Shown: one piece after another, positions 29,591-39,483 of the stretch | How positions within the stretch are numbered: position 1 is the first letter of the stretch | How the letters are laid out: the number at the start of each line of letters is the position of its first letter | Assembly: GCA_030550585.1 (NCBI GenBank) | Contig: JAUQPB010000003.1 | Coordinates: 209,691 to 273,690, forward strand | Direction of reading: 5' to 3' | Length of the DNA stretch: 64,000 bases | DNA from: Thermoproteota archaeon | GTDB lineage: Archaea > Thermoproteota > Thermoprotei_A > Sulfolobales > Ignisphaeraceae | Notes under the pieces: generated by a model | Database searches by the model: none | Told to the model about the DNA's origin: nothing | What the model saw: only the letters and a program-made list of their open reading frames with translations | Position numbers and translations under genes: made by a program

Positions 29591-32212
29591 CTAAGTCTTC
29601 AGCTGAGATGTTGATCTTCTTTTTAATGAATTAATGCATATGTATGACAATGCTATAGATGTTGAGATCGCAGTGATTTTGTATCCAATACTGACATATG
29701 GAGGATTCCATACTATGCGAATTAGTGATGTGTTGTTGGAGGGTGCTACTACTAAGAATCCTGTTGCAGATCTCCATATTTGTGTGTTAGTTATCCAGTG
29801 AGATGTGTACGCTATTTTAACTAGACATGCAGTATCTTTGTATGGTTCAACGTATAGTTCTGGGGGATTAAATTTAATGGAAGCATTACATGGTTTTATA
29901 GCTATATTTGTATATCTTGCTATGAAATCCCATAGTTTGGATGCTTCATCGACAATATCAGCCAATTCATCATGAGATATACTTCTATCCCACTTTAGAT
30001 AAGTCCATGGATTTCCAGGGTCATAAGGGAGGATTTGTGTGCCTAGTAAAGTGGTGTCAACCTGTGCGAAATTGGTATCTATCTTGTTTATCGAGAATTT
30101 GCTTCCCTTTGTAAGTAGTATTGTTCTATACCCTTCCTTTAGGTATTCAGCCGCTTTCTCTGGATCGTCAGTTACTATACCCGCTATCAACTCTTTCGGA
30201 ATATTCTGCATGCCTTCAACTATTATAGCTTTATTGCCGTTGTCCGCCATTAAGTTGAGCAGCTTTGGGTTGAATTCTTTGGTGTCGAATACAATTATCT
30301 TTGAGCATATTGCTGGGGAAGGGTTGCCGTTATATTCGTAGAGATTGAATCTGTATCCTCGATATTCATAAGTGGCTACTTTCCGCAAATTCAGAGCACC
30401 AAGTTCTATACCTAGTACATCGTTGTTATTTTGCATATATAGCTTGATTCCGTGCACATTATACCTACATCTATTTTGACAGTGAGGTTGTAAAACAAAT
30501 GAGGTTTTTACTGGATTAACTATTTTCTCGATAGGCTCTAGCTCGATTTCTGAACCATTTGTGAGTATGGCTGATGCTCTCACAAAATTCGAGGAATAAT
30601 TTGTTAGCTCAATCTTTATGCCACTAAATTCGTTGAATTCTATAATGCTATCGAATACACATTCTAATACTTCTGAGTTGTTCTGGTTTTTGCTGTGTCT
30701 ACAGCTATAAGAAGTTGCATTGATATGTACTAGCTCTACAGGTATATTTAGATCCGTGAATATGTACTTTGATTGGCTAAGCTCAATTGTATTACTTAGT
30801 GTGACTGGATTGGTTAAGAGGCTATTCATCCACTCGTAGTACACTGTTAGGTCAAAGAATGTGGGATCTCCTTGGTTGTATGATCCTGTAGATGTGGTGT
30901 AGTTGTATAGAATAGAGAATGTGACAGGGCTATTAGGTAATACTAATGGTGTACCTACAACTAGAACTCTACTACCTTTCACTATATTGGTGAACCCGGG
31001 AAAAGCCTCATCGATAGGTTTTTCATAGGGTGCAACAGTACTGGTAACAACGATGCTTGCGATAGTCCCCACAATTAGTAGGCTTGTGATAAAGATTAGC
31101 ATATTGGGTTTGCGCGCCGATATAGAAGCCATGTATTTGCTGTTCCCTATGTACATAGATATGAATGTGGCGTTGTTTATAAGGAGAAACCTCCAAGGCA
31201 TTATAAATGATGTTACTTCTCTGATTAGCACCGGTTCAGAGAGCTTAATGTTGTTTAGCATAATTAGTAGTAGGGCAATGGATGTGTACAGAAATAGCCC
31301 CCAGAACACCACGAAATTGCCTCTGCGCGTGTCGCTGGAGATCAGCATGTGTATCAAAACAGCTAGACTCGCAACCAACGTTGCTAGCACTATAATGTCT
31401 ATGCCTAGAGATTCTATGTATAGCCCCGGCACCCAGGCAAGTGGCGATACTTCATGAAGCGGCGAGGAATCTTTGTATGTGATAAGCACTGATAAGAGGT
31501 ACCCAGAGGAGATGCTAAGGGCGATCGCCATATAGGCAAGAGCTAGTAAAATACTTTTCCTCCAGCTTCTTCTAGCCGTAGTAATCAGCAGTAATGTCAC
31601 AGGAAAAACAATGTTTACTAGACCGTACGAGTGTGAGAGAATGGATAGACCTCCGGCAACAGCTGATAAAACCATGTACTCAGTACGCTGACTAGAGCTA
31701 TACGATAAAATCAGGGCTGCGGAGATGACTGTAAAGCTCCACGAGAGTATGTAGGGAAAAGCACCTTTGTAATACGCGATCCAAAGCGTTGGAAAGAATG
31801 TTGCAACTGGTATTAGAGGCAGTAATCTTCTTCTATCGATTCCTGATTTCGCTGCGAGAAGCAACAGAGATGCTGTATAAAGTGCCAGGGTCAGTGCTCT
31901 GCATATGTTGTAGGAGTGGATAGGGCCAACCAAATACGAAAAAAGTTGGGCCACAGCGTAAAATAGGGGTGCGTAATTCAGTAGGATCATCCCGTTGTAC
32001 TGCCTAAGGCTAAACCCCATATTCAAAACGTATTCGCTTAAAAAACCCGATATTCTGTAGATATGGGCTCTCGAATCATCTCCTGGAGGGACATCCAGCG
32101 ACTTAGCTAACTCGAATAAATTTAATGCAATAAAGACACAGAGTATAACAACAATTGCATACAAATACACCCCCAAACGGATCCTCATCATTCCCCTAAC
32201 CATGTAATTCAC
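29591..32212 (-). CDS. Large membrane protein: N-terminal GT-C-like multi-TM domain, extracellular domain and C-terminal anchor
   Basis: PGDDSRAH, YAPLFY, PWRF, about 12 TM segments, a soluble region and a final TM. Confidence 0.7.
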   Translation of the reverse strand: MNYMVRGMMRIRLGVYLYAIVVILCVFIALNLFELAKSLDVPPGDDSRAHIYRISGFLSEYVLNMGFSLRQYNGMILLNYAPLFYAVAQLFSYLVGPIHSYNICRALTLALYTASLLLLAAKSGIDRRRLLPLIPVATFFPTLWIAYYKGAFPYILSWSFTVISAALILSYSSSQRTEYMVLSAVAGGLSILSHSYGLVNIVFPVTLLLITTARRSWRKSILLALAYMAIALSISSGYLLSVLITYKDSSPLHEVSPLAWVPGLYIESLGIDIIVLATLVASLAVLIHMLISSDTRRGNFVVFWGLFLYTSIALLLIMLNNIKLSEPVLIREVTSFIMPWRFLLINNATFISMYIGNSKYMASISARKPNMLIFITSLLIVGTIASIVVTSTVAPYEKPIDEAFPGFTNIVKGSRVLVVGTPLVLPNSPVTFSILYNYTTSTGSYNQGDPTFFDLTVYYEWMNSLLTNPVTLSNTIELSQSKYIFTDLNIPVELVHINATSYSCRHSKNQNNSEVLECVFDSIIEFNEFSGIKIELTNYSSNFVRASAILTNGSEIELEPIEKIVNPVKTSFVLQPHCQNRCRYNVHGIKLYMQNNNDVLGIELGALNLRKVATYEYRGYRFNLYEYNGNPSPAICSKIIVFDTKEFNPKLLNLMADNGNKAIIVEGMQNIPKELIAGIVTDDPEKAAEYLKEGYRTILLTKGSKFSINKIDTNFAQVDTTLLGTQILPYDPGNPWTYLKWDRSISHDELADIVDEASKLWDFIARYTNIAIKPCNASIKFNPPELYVEPYKDTACLVKIAYTSHWITNTQIWRSATGFLVVAPSNNTSLIRIVWNPPYVSIGYKITAISTSIALSYICINSLKRRSTSQLKT

Positions 32213-32639
32213 ACTCCATCAAACAATATTAGACATTTCATTTAAAACACATTTTTAAAATTTAAAGGGTGCTAACACAATGCATTATCAAAGCAAATAG
32301 CATTCGCAGAACTGATGTTTTTGAAGAACTCTCTATACCTTCTCAGACAAGGAATGTGTTAATTTTGCACCTTTTTCAAACACAATCTTAGCAACTATTG
32401 GAAGCCTTAGCTTGATTGACTATCGTCGTATTCAATGAAGTTGTACATACCATCACGCCCTCAAAACAGAGTCAATCTAGTGTATGTCTATTTCATAACT
32501 CTAGGACTATATGTTCTTGATTTGCTTTAGTTACCATTTTATTGTATGATCAAATGGCTTGGCCCCAAGATCGTGCTATGAATTGTACATAATTTTTATT
32601 ATCTCGTTTGTAGCATTTGTCTGCAATAAGGTGGGCTCC

Positions 32640-34151
32640 TTGGAAAACGCTAAGCATGTCTATATTACCACACCAATATACTATCCTAATGACAGACCTC
32701 ATTTGGGGCACGCATATACAACTGTTTTGGCTGATATTGTCAGTAGGTGGTATAGTCTTCTAGGATACAATGTCTTCTTTTTAACGGGCACCGACGAGCA
32801 TGGGGCTAAGTTGCAGAGAGAGGCTGAGAAGAGGGGGGTAACACCAAAGGCTTTTGTCGATGAGATGTCAGCTATTTTTAAAGAGTATTGGAGTAAACTG
32901 GGTGTAGGCTATAGCAGGTTTATCAGAACGACTGACGAGGACCACGAATCTCTTGTGCGTAATGTGCTGAATTTGTTGAATGAGAAGGGGTATGTGTACC
33001 GCGGTGTGTATAAGGGTTGGTATTGCACCGCTTGTGAGAGGTACTATAGCGAGAAGGAATATGTTGTCGAGAATAATATTCCCTACTGCCCCATTCATAG
33101 AAGACCCTTGGAATTTGTTGAAGAAGAGACATATTTTTTGAGGCTATCCCAGTTCAGGGACAGGGTGTTGAAGATATTGAGGGAAGGGGAGGTTGTATAC
33201 CCAAGACAATACGCAGAAGAGGTTGCATCTAAGATAGAGTTAGAGGGTTTGCAGGATCTGTCAATTGCTAGACCTAAGGAGAGGGTTAGCTGGGGTATAA
33301 CATTGCCGTTTGACAACCGGTTCACAGTATATGTGTGGATAGATGCTCTTCTCAACTATCTAACGGGAGCAGGTTTCAACAAGGATAAAAAACACTTCGA
33401 GACTCTGTGGAAAAACTCTATACAGTTCATAGGCAAGGACATTCTATGGTTCCACACAGCAGTTTGGTTCTCACTACTATCGATGCTAGATTTGCCGCCG
33501 CCAAAGAAGCTTGTTGTCCACGGTTTCTTAACCGTTAAAGGAATGAAGATGGGCAAGTCTACAGGTAATGTAACATCAATTGATGATATGATTAAAAGGT
33601 ATGGGAGTTCAGATGCCGTTAGATTTATAATAGCTAGAATAGCTAACTACGAAAAAGACTCTGAGGTTTCTTGGGAAATATACGACTCGATCTACAACGG
33701 AGATTTGGTAAACAACTATGGCAATCTCGTTAGAAGGGTTACAAGCCTAGCCATAAAACTGTTCGATGGTGTTGTAAGGATTGCCATAGACCACGAACAT
33801 GCCAAGAAGGTTGAAGAGCTTGTTCAAAAAGCGATAGAATATTATAACAGAATAGATATAGCAGAGGCAGTGAAAACAGCTCTCGACATAGCACATGAGA
33901 CAAATGCTTATCTAAATAGAAAAGAGCCTTGGAAACAGGAAAACCCCCAGCCAACAATATACACAGCACTCGAGTCTATAAGGCTGGTCACACTGCTTCT
34001 ACACCCGGTAATGCCGAACATAACGCAAAACATCATGAATTCTCTGAACATCGCCATAGAGAGGGGCCTAGACCAGTTCAAAGTGGGTTATATAAGCGAG
34101 TACAAAGTAAAGGAATCTCCAATACCATTCAAAAAACTGGCAACAAGCTGA
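32640..34151 (+). CDS. metG: Methionyl-tRNA synthetase (short, bacterial MetRS1-like type)
   Basis: YITTPIYYPNDRPHLGHAYTT, GTDEHG, YVWIDAL, IGKDILWFH and KMGKS; TTG 32640 follows an AGGTG SD-like site. Confidence 0.93.
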   Translation: MENAKHVYITTPIYYPNDRPHLGHAYTTVLADIVSRWYSLLGYNVFFLTGTDEHGAKLQREAEKRGVTPKAFVDEMSAIFKEYWSKLGVGYSRFIRTTDEDHESLVRNVLNLLNEKGYVYRGVYKGWYCTACERYYSEKEYVVENNIPYCPIHRRPLEFVEEETYFLRLSQFRDRVLKILREGEVVYPRQYAEEVASKIELEGLQDLSIARPKERVSWGITLPFDNRFTVYVWIDALLNYLTGAGFNKDKKHFETLWKNSIQFIGKDILWFHTAVWFSLLSMLDLPPPKKLVVHGFLTVKGMKMGKSTGNVTSIDDMIKRYGSSDAVRFIIARIANYEKDSEVSWEIYDSIYNGDLVNNYGNLVRRVTSLAIKLFDGVVRIAIDHEHAKKVEELVQKAIEYYNRIDIAEAVKTALDIAHETNAYLNRKEPWKQENPQPTIYTALESIRLVTLLLHPVMPNITQNIMNSLNIAIERGLDQFKVGYISEYKVKESPIPFKKLATS

Positions 34152-34197
34152 TATAAGCAAACAATTTAAACCACACCACAAAACAAACAGTTTTGGA

Positions 34198-34274
34198 GCC
34201 GCCGTAGCTCAGCTCGGTAGAGCGCCGGCCTCGTAAGCCGGTGGCCGCGGGTTCAAATCCCGCCGGCGGCTCCA
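34198..34274 (+). tRNA. tRNA-Thr(CGU) with encoded CCA
   Basis: Acceptor GCCGCCG/CGGCGGC-T-CCA, anticodon arm CCGGC-CTCGTAA-GCCGG, T loop GTTCAAATC. Confidence 0.95.
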
Positions 34275-34381
34275 CACCTAAAACAACATTGTGATCCGAA
34301 TTGCAACGTAGTTTGCCAGCTCATCACTAAGGTGAGGAGAAACCACCTACTTTGTGTTTTAAATCGAGCAAATTAGACGTT

Positions 34382-35404
34382 TTATACTCCGAAGAACCTA
34401 AGCCTTCTAGCTCTAGGTCTTAGAGCCATCACTGTCCAGTTCCAATCATCTTTTGTTACCACTTGTGTTAGTGCTACGTATAGTTTTTCGTTGTCTGAAT
34501 CCATAGATCCTAAAAATGATGTGAGGATTTGCGGCCCTCTAGATAGCCTCACTGAATCTACTACAGATAGTCTGTCACTTGATAGCATATATGCATCGTT
34601 ATCGGATACCACAACTATGTTTGGGCCTATGGGTGTAGAGGGGTTCTGGGTTGAGTAGACCTTCACCCCGGGAATCGATGTTATGGTTGTTAGCACCTCT
34701 CCTTCCCTGCTCAGTTTTGCTATTGCACTTCTACTAACAGCATAGATGTTGCCTTCTGGGTTTATGGCCAAGCCTGTTATCGAGCCCTTGATATTGGTTC
34801 TAACGATTTTTATGAGCTCTAGATCTCTATTTAAAAATATTAGGAGCCAGTTCATAGCACCTTCGCTCTTGTCGAAGCCTCCAACAACAAATCTGTTGGT
34901 GTTTCTGTTGAATGCTATTGTGTATGCCCCTGCCTCTCTCCCCTCTCTACCCATCGAAAAGCTCTTATAAACTGAAAGCGTGTCGGGCAACACCATAGCT
35001 ATGTATGCAGCTGTGGAGCCTTGGGGTGTGAGGGTGGTTCCAGCAATGTATATGTATCTATCGATTGCTATAGCTGAGAAAGGCACTAGATAGGGCTTGT
35101 CTATATCGGTTCTTCTAACTAGGTTCAAGTTTCTATCGAATTCGAGTATGCTCCAAAAACTGTCGGAGACGCCGAAAGCGTATATATGGCCTCCTAAAGA
35201 GGTGCAGGAGATTAGAGATGCTATGTTGTAGCTCTTTTCATCTGCCCACCTAGCGAGGGGGGTTCCATCTATAGCGTTGTAAGATTCTATTCTATACCTT
35301 TTCTTTCCATAGCCGTGGAGCTCATCAAATCCAACAGCATACACATTACCCTCGGCAAAACACACACTGTGAACACCATCTCTATAGCCACTAGCACTAC
35401 TCAT
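34382..35404 (-). CDS. Predicted beta-propeller protein, unknown function
   Basis: Repeated blade-like motifs NVYAVG, HIYAFG, YIYIAG, RFVVGG, NIYAVS and KLYVAL. Confidence 0.65.
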   Translation of the reverse strand: MSSASGYRDGVHSVCFAEGNVYAVGFDELHGYGKKRYRIESYNAIDGTPLARWADEKSYNIASLISCTSLGGHIYAFGVSDSFWSILEFDRNLNLVRRTDIDKPYLVPFSAIAIDRYIYIAGTTLTPQGSTAAYIAMVLPDTLSVYKSFSMGREGREAGAYTIAFNRNTNRFVVGGFDKSEGAMNWLLIFLNRDLELIKIVRTNIKGSITGLAINPEGNIYAVSRSAIAKLSREGEVLTTITSIPGVKVYSTQNPSTPIGPNIVVVSDNDAYMLSSDRLSVVDSVRLSRGPQILTSFLGSMDSDNEKLYVALTQVVTKDDWNWTVMALRPRARRLRFFGV

Positions 35405-35489
35405 TCTACTCCACACAATATCCAAAAGCAACACCAATAACCAAAACAAGGTTCCAGCTAATATGCTTTTAGAATTATATTCAGCTATT

Positions 35490-36683
35490 TTATCTAATAA
35501 AAACGACTTTAAATGGGATAAGATTGAATACCGTTGCCAAAAAGACAGAAGCTTGTATCAAAGCTAAGACAATGGCTACAAACCTGAATCTGCGACCAGA
35601 TAACCCTTGCAGTGCGAGGCATAGGTTTAGGTATAGATATGGGAGAACATTGATGTAGTACCAGTCGAGGGGCCCAGCAACAATATTCAGTAGCGAGAGC
35701 CAAGACATTAGAACAACAGTATATAGAAACTTGCTACTGTTGCTACCCATTAAAACTTTGTATGTGTTGTATAGCAGAGCTGGGAACAGCAAATACCAAA
35801 GCACTGATCCACCACCTACAAAAACATCTATGTAGAGCCCTCTTTCAGGCAAGAAGACGTTGCTTATGGGAACCACACTGCTCCCCACTATAGACACAAT
35901 CAAGTTGATGCTCCCAAGCTGCCTCCACACCTCGACCCTGGCAAGAAGCTTCATAAAACCTATCACAGCTATTGCAGGCGAGAAGCCGTGCCTCCAAGAC
36001 ATATACCTATACATCTCAATATGGTGGACTATAATGGTGCTCCAGCCAAGCCGAAGATCAGCAACATATGTAGATAGATAGACAGCCAATGCAATAAGCA
36101 GGTATCTAACAGCCTCCCTCCACCTCCTCTCAAAAACAAGCAGAGCCAACACCCCGAGAAGAACCGGAGCAGAGCTAAACTTGCTGGCAACAGCCAAACC
36201 CATGAAAACAGCTGATAAACCGAGTCGCCCACAAGCATAGAGATAGAGAGCCGAGACAGCCATAAAAACGGCTATGGGATCCAACAACAAAAACCTGTGG
36301 GTATTGAAATAGATTGTGTCGAAAACGAGAAGAAGACCGGCGATAAAACCGGGAAGGGAATAGCCGTAGACCCTGGCAAACAAGTAGATGAGAAAACCAG
36401 TGAAAACACCAAGCAAAAGAAAGGCATGGCGCCCAACACCAAACAAACTCAGAAAACCAATCAAATACTTAGCAAAAGGAGGGTGCTCAAAATTACACTG
36501 AATAGGAGCAACACCACCAACATACTCCAAACCACAAGAAATGTAAACCTCCTCATCCAAGTACCTAGCAAAATTCGAAGAAGCCGAAGAAACATAGTAA
36601 GCAACAAAATAGAGAATGCAAGAAAGCACAAAGGTTATGAGACTAGATGAAGACTGAGAAAAAAAAATATTCGTTTTCCTCAA
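35490..36683 (-). CDS. GT-C glycosyltransferase (PMT/GT39-like) downstream of the pilin genes
   Basis: DEEVY, NFEHPPFAKY, LLLD, GLAVASKFS and multiple TM segments. Confidence 0.8.
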   Translation of the reverse strand: MRKTNIFFSQSSSSLITFVLSCILYFVAYYVSSASSNFARYLDEEVYISCGLEYVGGVAPIQCNFEHPPFAKYLIGFLSLFGVGRHAFLLLGVFTGFLIYLFARVYGYSLPGFIAGLLLVFDTIYFNTHRFLLLDPIAVFMAVSALYLYACGRLGLSAVFMGLAVASKFSSAPVLLGVLALLVFERRWREAVRYLLIALAVYLSTYVADLRLGWSTIIVHHIEMYRYMSWRHGFSPAIAVIGFMKLLARVEVWRQLGSINLIVSIVGSSVVPISNVFLPERGLYIDVFVGGGSVLWYLLFPALLYNTYKVLMGSNSSKFLYTVVLMSWLSLLNIVAGPLDWYYINVLPYLYLNLCLALQGLSGRRFRFVAIVLALIQASVFLATVFNLIPFKVVFIR

Positions 36684-36715
36684 GCTTGATAACCCTACTA
36701 TAGATAGGAGCTACC

Positions 36716-37135
36716 CTACTTAGCCTGGACAGTGGCAGATATCACATTGCCTGCTTTGGTGTATACCTTTACCTGGTAGTTGGTGCCAGCAACAACATTA
36801 GCATTAAATGATAGGGTCAGTGTTGTTTCTTGTCCTGGCGTAATAGTTGTTTCAGTAGTAGCAGCTCCAAATGTTGTTATTGTAGTGACACCGACTATCT
36901 CTACCTTGTATATTACCGCTGATGCAGATCCCTCGTTCTTAACATGGAGATATAACACCTTATTACTAGCATTTATGTAGCTGTCTGGGTACACCCTAAC
37001 AGACTCTGTTGCTCCCATTGTGCCCCACCAGCCCATTATCCACCCTATCACTCCAATGGCTATCACTAGTGTTACTGCTACCAATATTACTACTGCTATT
37101 ATTGGCTCAATACCTTTGTACAGCCTGCTTTTCAT
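36716..37135 (-). CDS. Archaeal type IV pilin (class III signal peptide)
   Basis: MKSRLYKG/IEPIIAVVILVAVTLVIAI followed by a beta-sandwich with VKNEG and YQVKVYTKAGN. Confidence 0.9.
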   Translation of the reverse strand: MKSRLYKGIEPIIAVVILVAVTLVIAIGVIGWIMGWWGTMGATESVRVYPDSYINASNKVLYLHVKNEGSASAVIYKVEIVGVTTITTFGAATTETTITPGQETTLTLSFNANVVAGTNYQVKVYTKAGNVISATVQAK

Positions 37136-37247
37136 GGGTTTCCAGCACCTACAAATTTCTACTATTTAAAGGTATATAAAGTTTTTTGTTACACAATTAA
37201 ATAAAACTTTAACATAATTTTTTGTGGCTATAGCTTTTCATATCCGT

Positions 37248-37646
37248 TTATACTTTGACTATTTTCTCTATTACTGGGTATACTGTTCCTGATTTTAGGT
37301 ATAGCCTTATGGTATAGGCTGTTCCAGAGCTGTACTGTTTGCTTAGCTTTATGGTTATCTCTTTTTGTTCTCCTGGTTTTATGGTTATTGCTGGGCTACA
37401 GCCTATGGTCTCTATTCCATGTATCTCCACTTTGTATATTTCTGCTGTTTCCTCTCCCTCGTTTATAGCTACTATTTTCAGCCACCAGCTGCTGTTTTCG
37501 TCTTGGTATATGCTTGCCTCTGTTATTCTAAGTATTTCTGGTTTCCACGTCATTGAGTTGTATGTTGTTATAATCCATGTTGTAGCTGTAGCTGCTAGGG
37601 TTATTGCCACGGCGAGGAGTATTATTATGGCGAAAAATCTGTTCAT
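37248..37646 (-). CDS. Minor pilin-like protein
   Basis: Hydrophobic N-helix; INEG, IYKVEI and TIKPG are shared with the adjacent pilin. Confidence 0.75.
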   Translation of the reverse strand: MNRFFAIIILLAVAITLAATATTWIITTYNSMTWKPEILRITEASIYQDENSSWWLKIVAINEGEETAEIYKVEIHGIETIGCSPAITIKPGEQKEITIKLSKQYSSGTAYTIRLYLKSGTVYPVIEKIVKV

Positions 37647-37647
37647 G

Positions 37648-39483
37648 TCACATACCTATATAGGCAAAGGTTGTTGCCAAGGCTGCGAGTGATACGGCTG
37701 TGAGTGCTGCTGCGTGTATGAATCCTGCTGCTGTGGTTGATTGCGATGCTTTTCCGGCTATCAATCCCATTATGAATGAGTTCACCATGCTCCCCATGGA
37801 CAGGACTAGTATGAGTGGTGTTGCTGTGGCTATCGGTATTTTGGCTATGGACAGCAACATGTATAGAATTATCATAGGTATAGATGCTAGAAGTATGGCT
37901 CCGAAGTAGGGTAGGAACAGCTGTGATCTCATCCTCCTTCTTGTCTCCTCCTCCAACTCGCCTAGAGTCTGGGTAAACCTAGCCAAAGCGTCTATAACCT
38001 CGGGCGAGCCCCCACCAACAATTGTTGAGTCCACCAAGAACCTCAGAGATGCTATGACAAACCACTCCTTGACTCCTCTAAGCGCCTTTCTAATAGCCTC
38101 CTCAAGACTAAAACCTATGCTGAGTGCCGCTGCCGCTCTCTCCACAACAGGTGTCAAATTCCTGTAGTTCCTAGACGATACAAGCACTATACACTTCTCT
38201 GGGCTTAGACCAGTCTTCCTAATCTCGCTAATATCCCTCAGAAAATCTGCTGTGGATCTAACCAAACCCTTATGCGTCTTAACCACAGACCTATATTTTA
38301 TGGCGGGGGGTATAGACACTGTTAGAAATGCTGCTGCAGTAGCGTAGACAAGAGATTTAACCCCTTGGGGGTCTATCACACCACCCAACACACTGATCCC
38401 GCCGGTGACGATAAGAACCAGTACAAATGCTGCAATCGATATTGGTAGCCATGCCAATAGTGTTAGATACACCTCGTTATACCTGATAGGGGTTCTAGGC
38501 TGGTTCACATGTATAGCCCACATTATAGCAAAGCCCATGAGGGGCAAAACAAAGAAGTTGTAGAGTGCTGGAACAGTAACATCTATATTCATAGATGTTA
38601 ACCCCTCTGGCGTTCTAGCTGCTTGTGCAGCTGATATAGCTGTATTAACTACGAAGAAGATGAACAGCGTTATGGAGACAACTATGCCAAATATGATGTA
38701 TAGCTCTAGAAATGTTGCCAATCTATTGAGAATATTCCTAACCTCGTTCATTCTCGATTCAATTAATTCCCTTGTTCTAATCTCTAGATAGTGTAGAACA
38801 TCTCCACCACTTCTCAAAGTGGTTGTATAGCCAAGCATTATGTCTCTGAATCTCGTGCTCGGATGGTCCGATGCCACCTTCTCCAACGCTGTTATCGGGT
38901 CATCGCCAAACATCTTAATTCTTGTGATAACCATTTGGGCCTCTCTTCTAATAGCTTTGAAAACCCTCAACTGGCTAACCCTCTCAACAACCTTTTCAAG
39001 ACCATAGCCTCCTCTGACCATTGTTGCCACATAAGCCATGAAGAAGGGCAGTTCATTCTCTGTCTCCACTTTTCTCATAGTCATAGCTACATAGGGATGT
39101 GCGAGTCTAACGACAAACACCATTATTGGTATTGTAACGCATATCACAATCCCTATTATCATCTGTACAACGCTTAGTCTAATGGTAAACATAGTAACAA
39201 TGAATCCTATAACAACAAAAACAGCTGATAGAACTAACATTGCCATGGTCTCTGCTCCATACTTTATTGGGTGGATATGCAAACCAGCTCTAGAGAATAG
39301 CCTATCAAACTCAAATGTTTTAGCTAGAGCCCTACCCGGGGACTCGAAGAATGATAAAGAAAAAGCTGTGAAAACATCTCTAACTGTTACCACAGGGCGT
39401 TGAGCAGTTTTTAGAGGTCTTGTAGATGTTGCTGCTTTCTTCTCTTTCTCCTCTTTCTTTCTCTTAAAGAATCCCAATCTCAT
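37648..39483 (-). CDS. Type IV pilus membrane platform protein (TadC/ArlJ-like)
   Basis: Two T2SSF-like repeats (ELPF...SGGD; FLRDISE...GGG); ATG overlaps the ATPase stop (ATGA). Confidence 0.9.
   Translation of the reverse strand: MRLGFFKRKKEEKEKKAATSTRPLKTAQRPVVTVRDVFTAFSLSFFESPGRALAKTFEFDRLFSRAGLHIHPIKYGAETMAMLVLSAVFVVIGFIVTMFTIRLSVVQMIIGIVICVTIPIMVFVVRLAHPYVAMTMRKVETENELPFFMAYVATMVRGGYGLEKVVERVSQLRVFKAIRREAQMVITRIKMFGDDPITALEKVASDHPSTRFRDIMLGYTTTLRSGGDVLHYLEIRTRELIESRMNEVRNILNRLATFLELYIIFGIVVSITLFIFFVVNTAISAAQAARTPEGLTSMNIDVTVPALYNFFVLPLMGFAIMWAIHVNQPRTPIRYNEVYLTLLAWLPISIAAFVLVLIVTGGISVLGGVIDPQGVKSLVYATAAAFLTVSIPPAIKYRSVVKTHKGLVRSTADFLRDISEIRKTGLSPEKCIVLVSSRNYRNLTPVVERAAAALSIGFSLEEAIRKALRGVKEWFVIASLRFLVDSTIVGGGSPEVIDALARFTQTLGELEEETRRRMRSQLFLPYFGAILLASIPMIILYMLLSIAKIPIATATPLILVLSMGSMVNSFIMGLIAGKASQSTTAAGFIHAAALTAVSLAALATTFAYIGM

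Noticed and set aside
32405-32460. Possible minus-strand C/D sRNA (GTGATGG...TTGA...ACGACGA...CTAA)
   Set aside because: All four boxes are degenerate, so it cannot be separated from chance
34290-34350. Box-C-like words after tRNA-Thr
   Set aside because: No matching CTGA D box in either orientation
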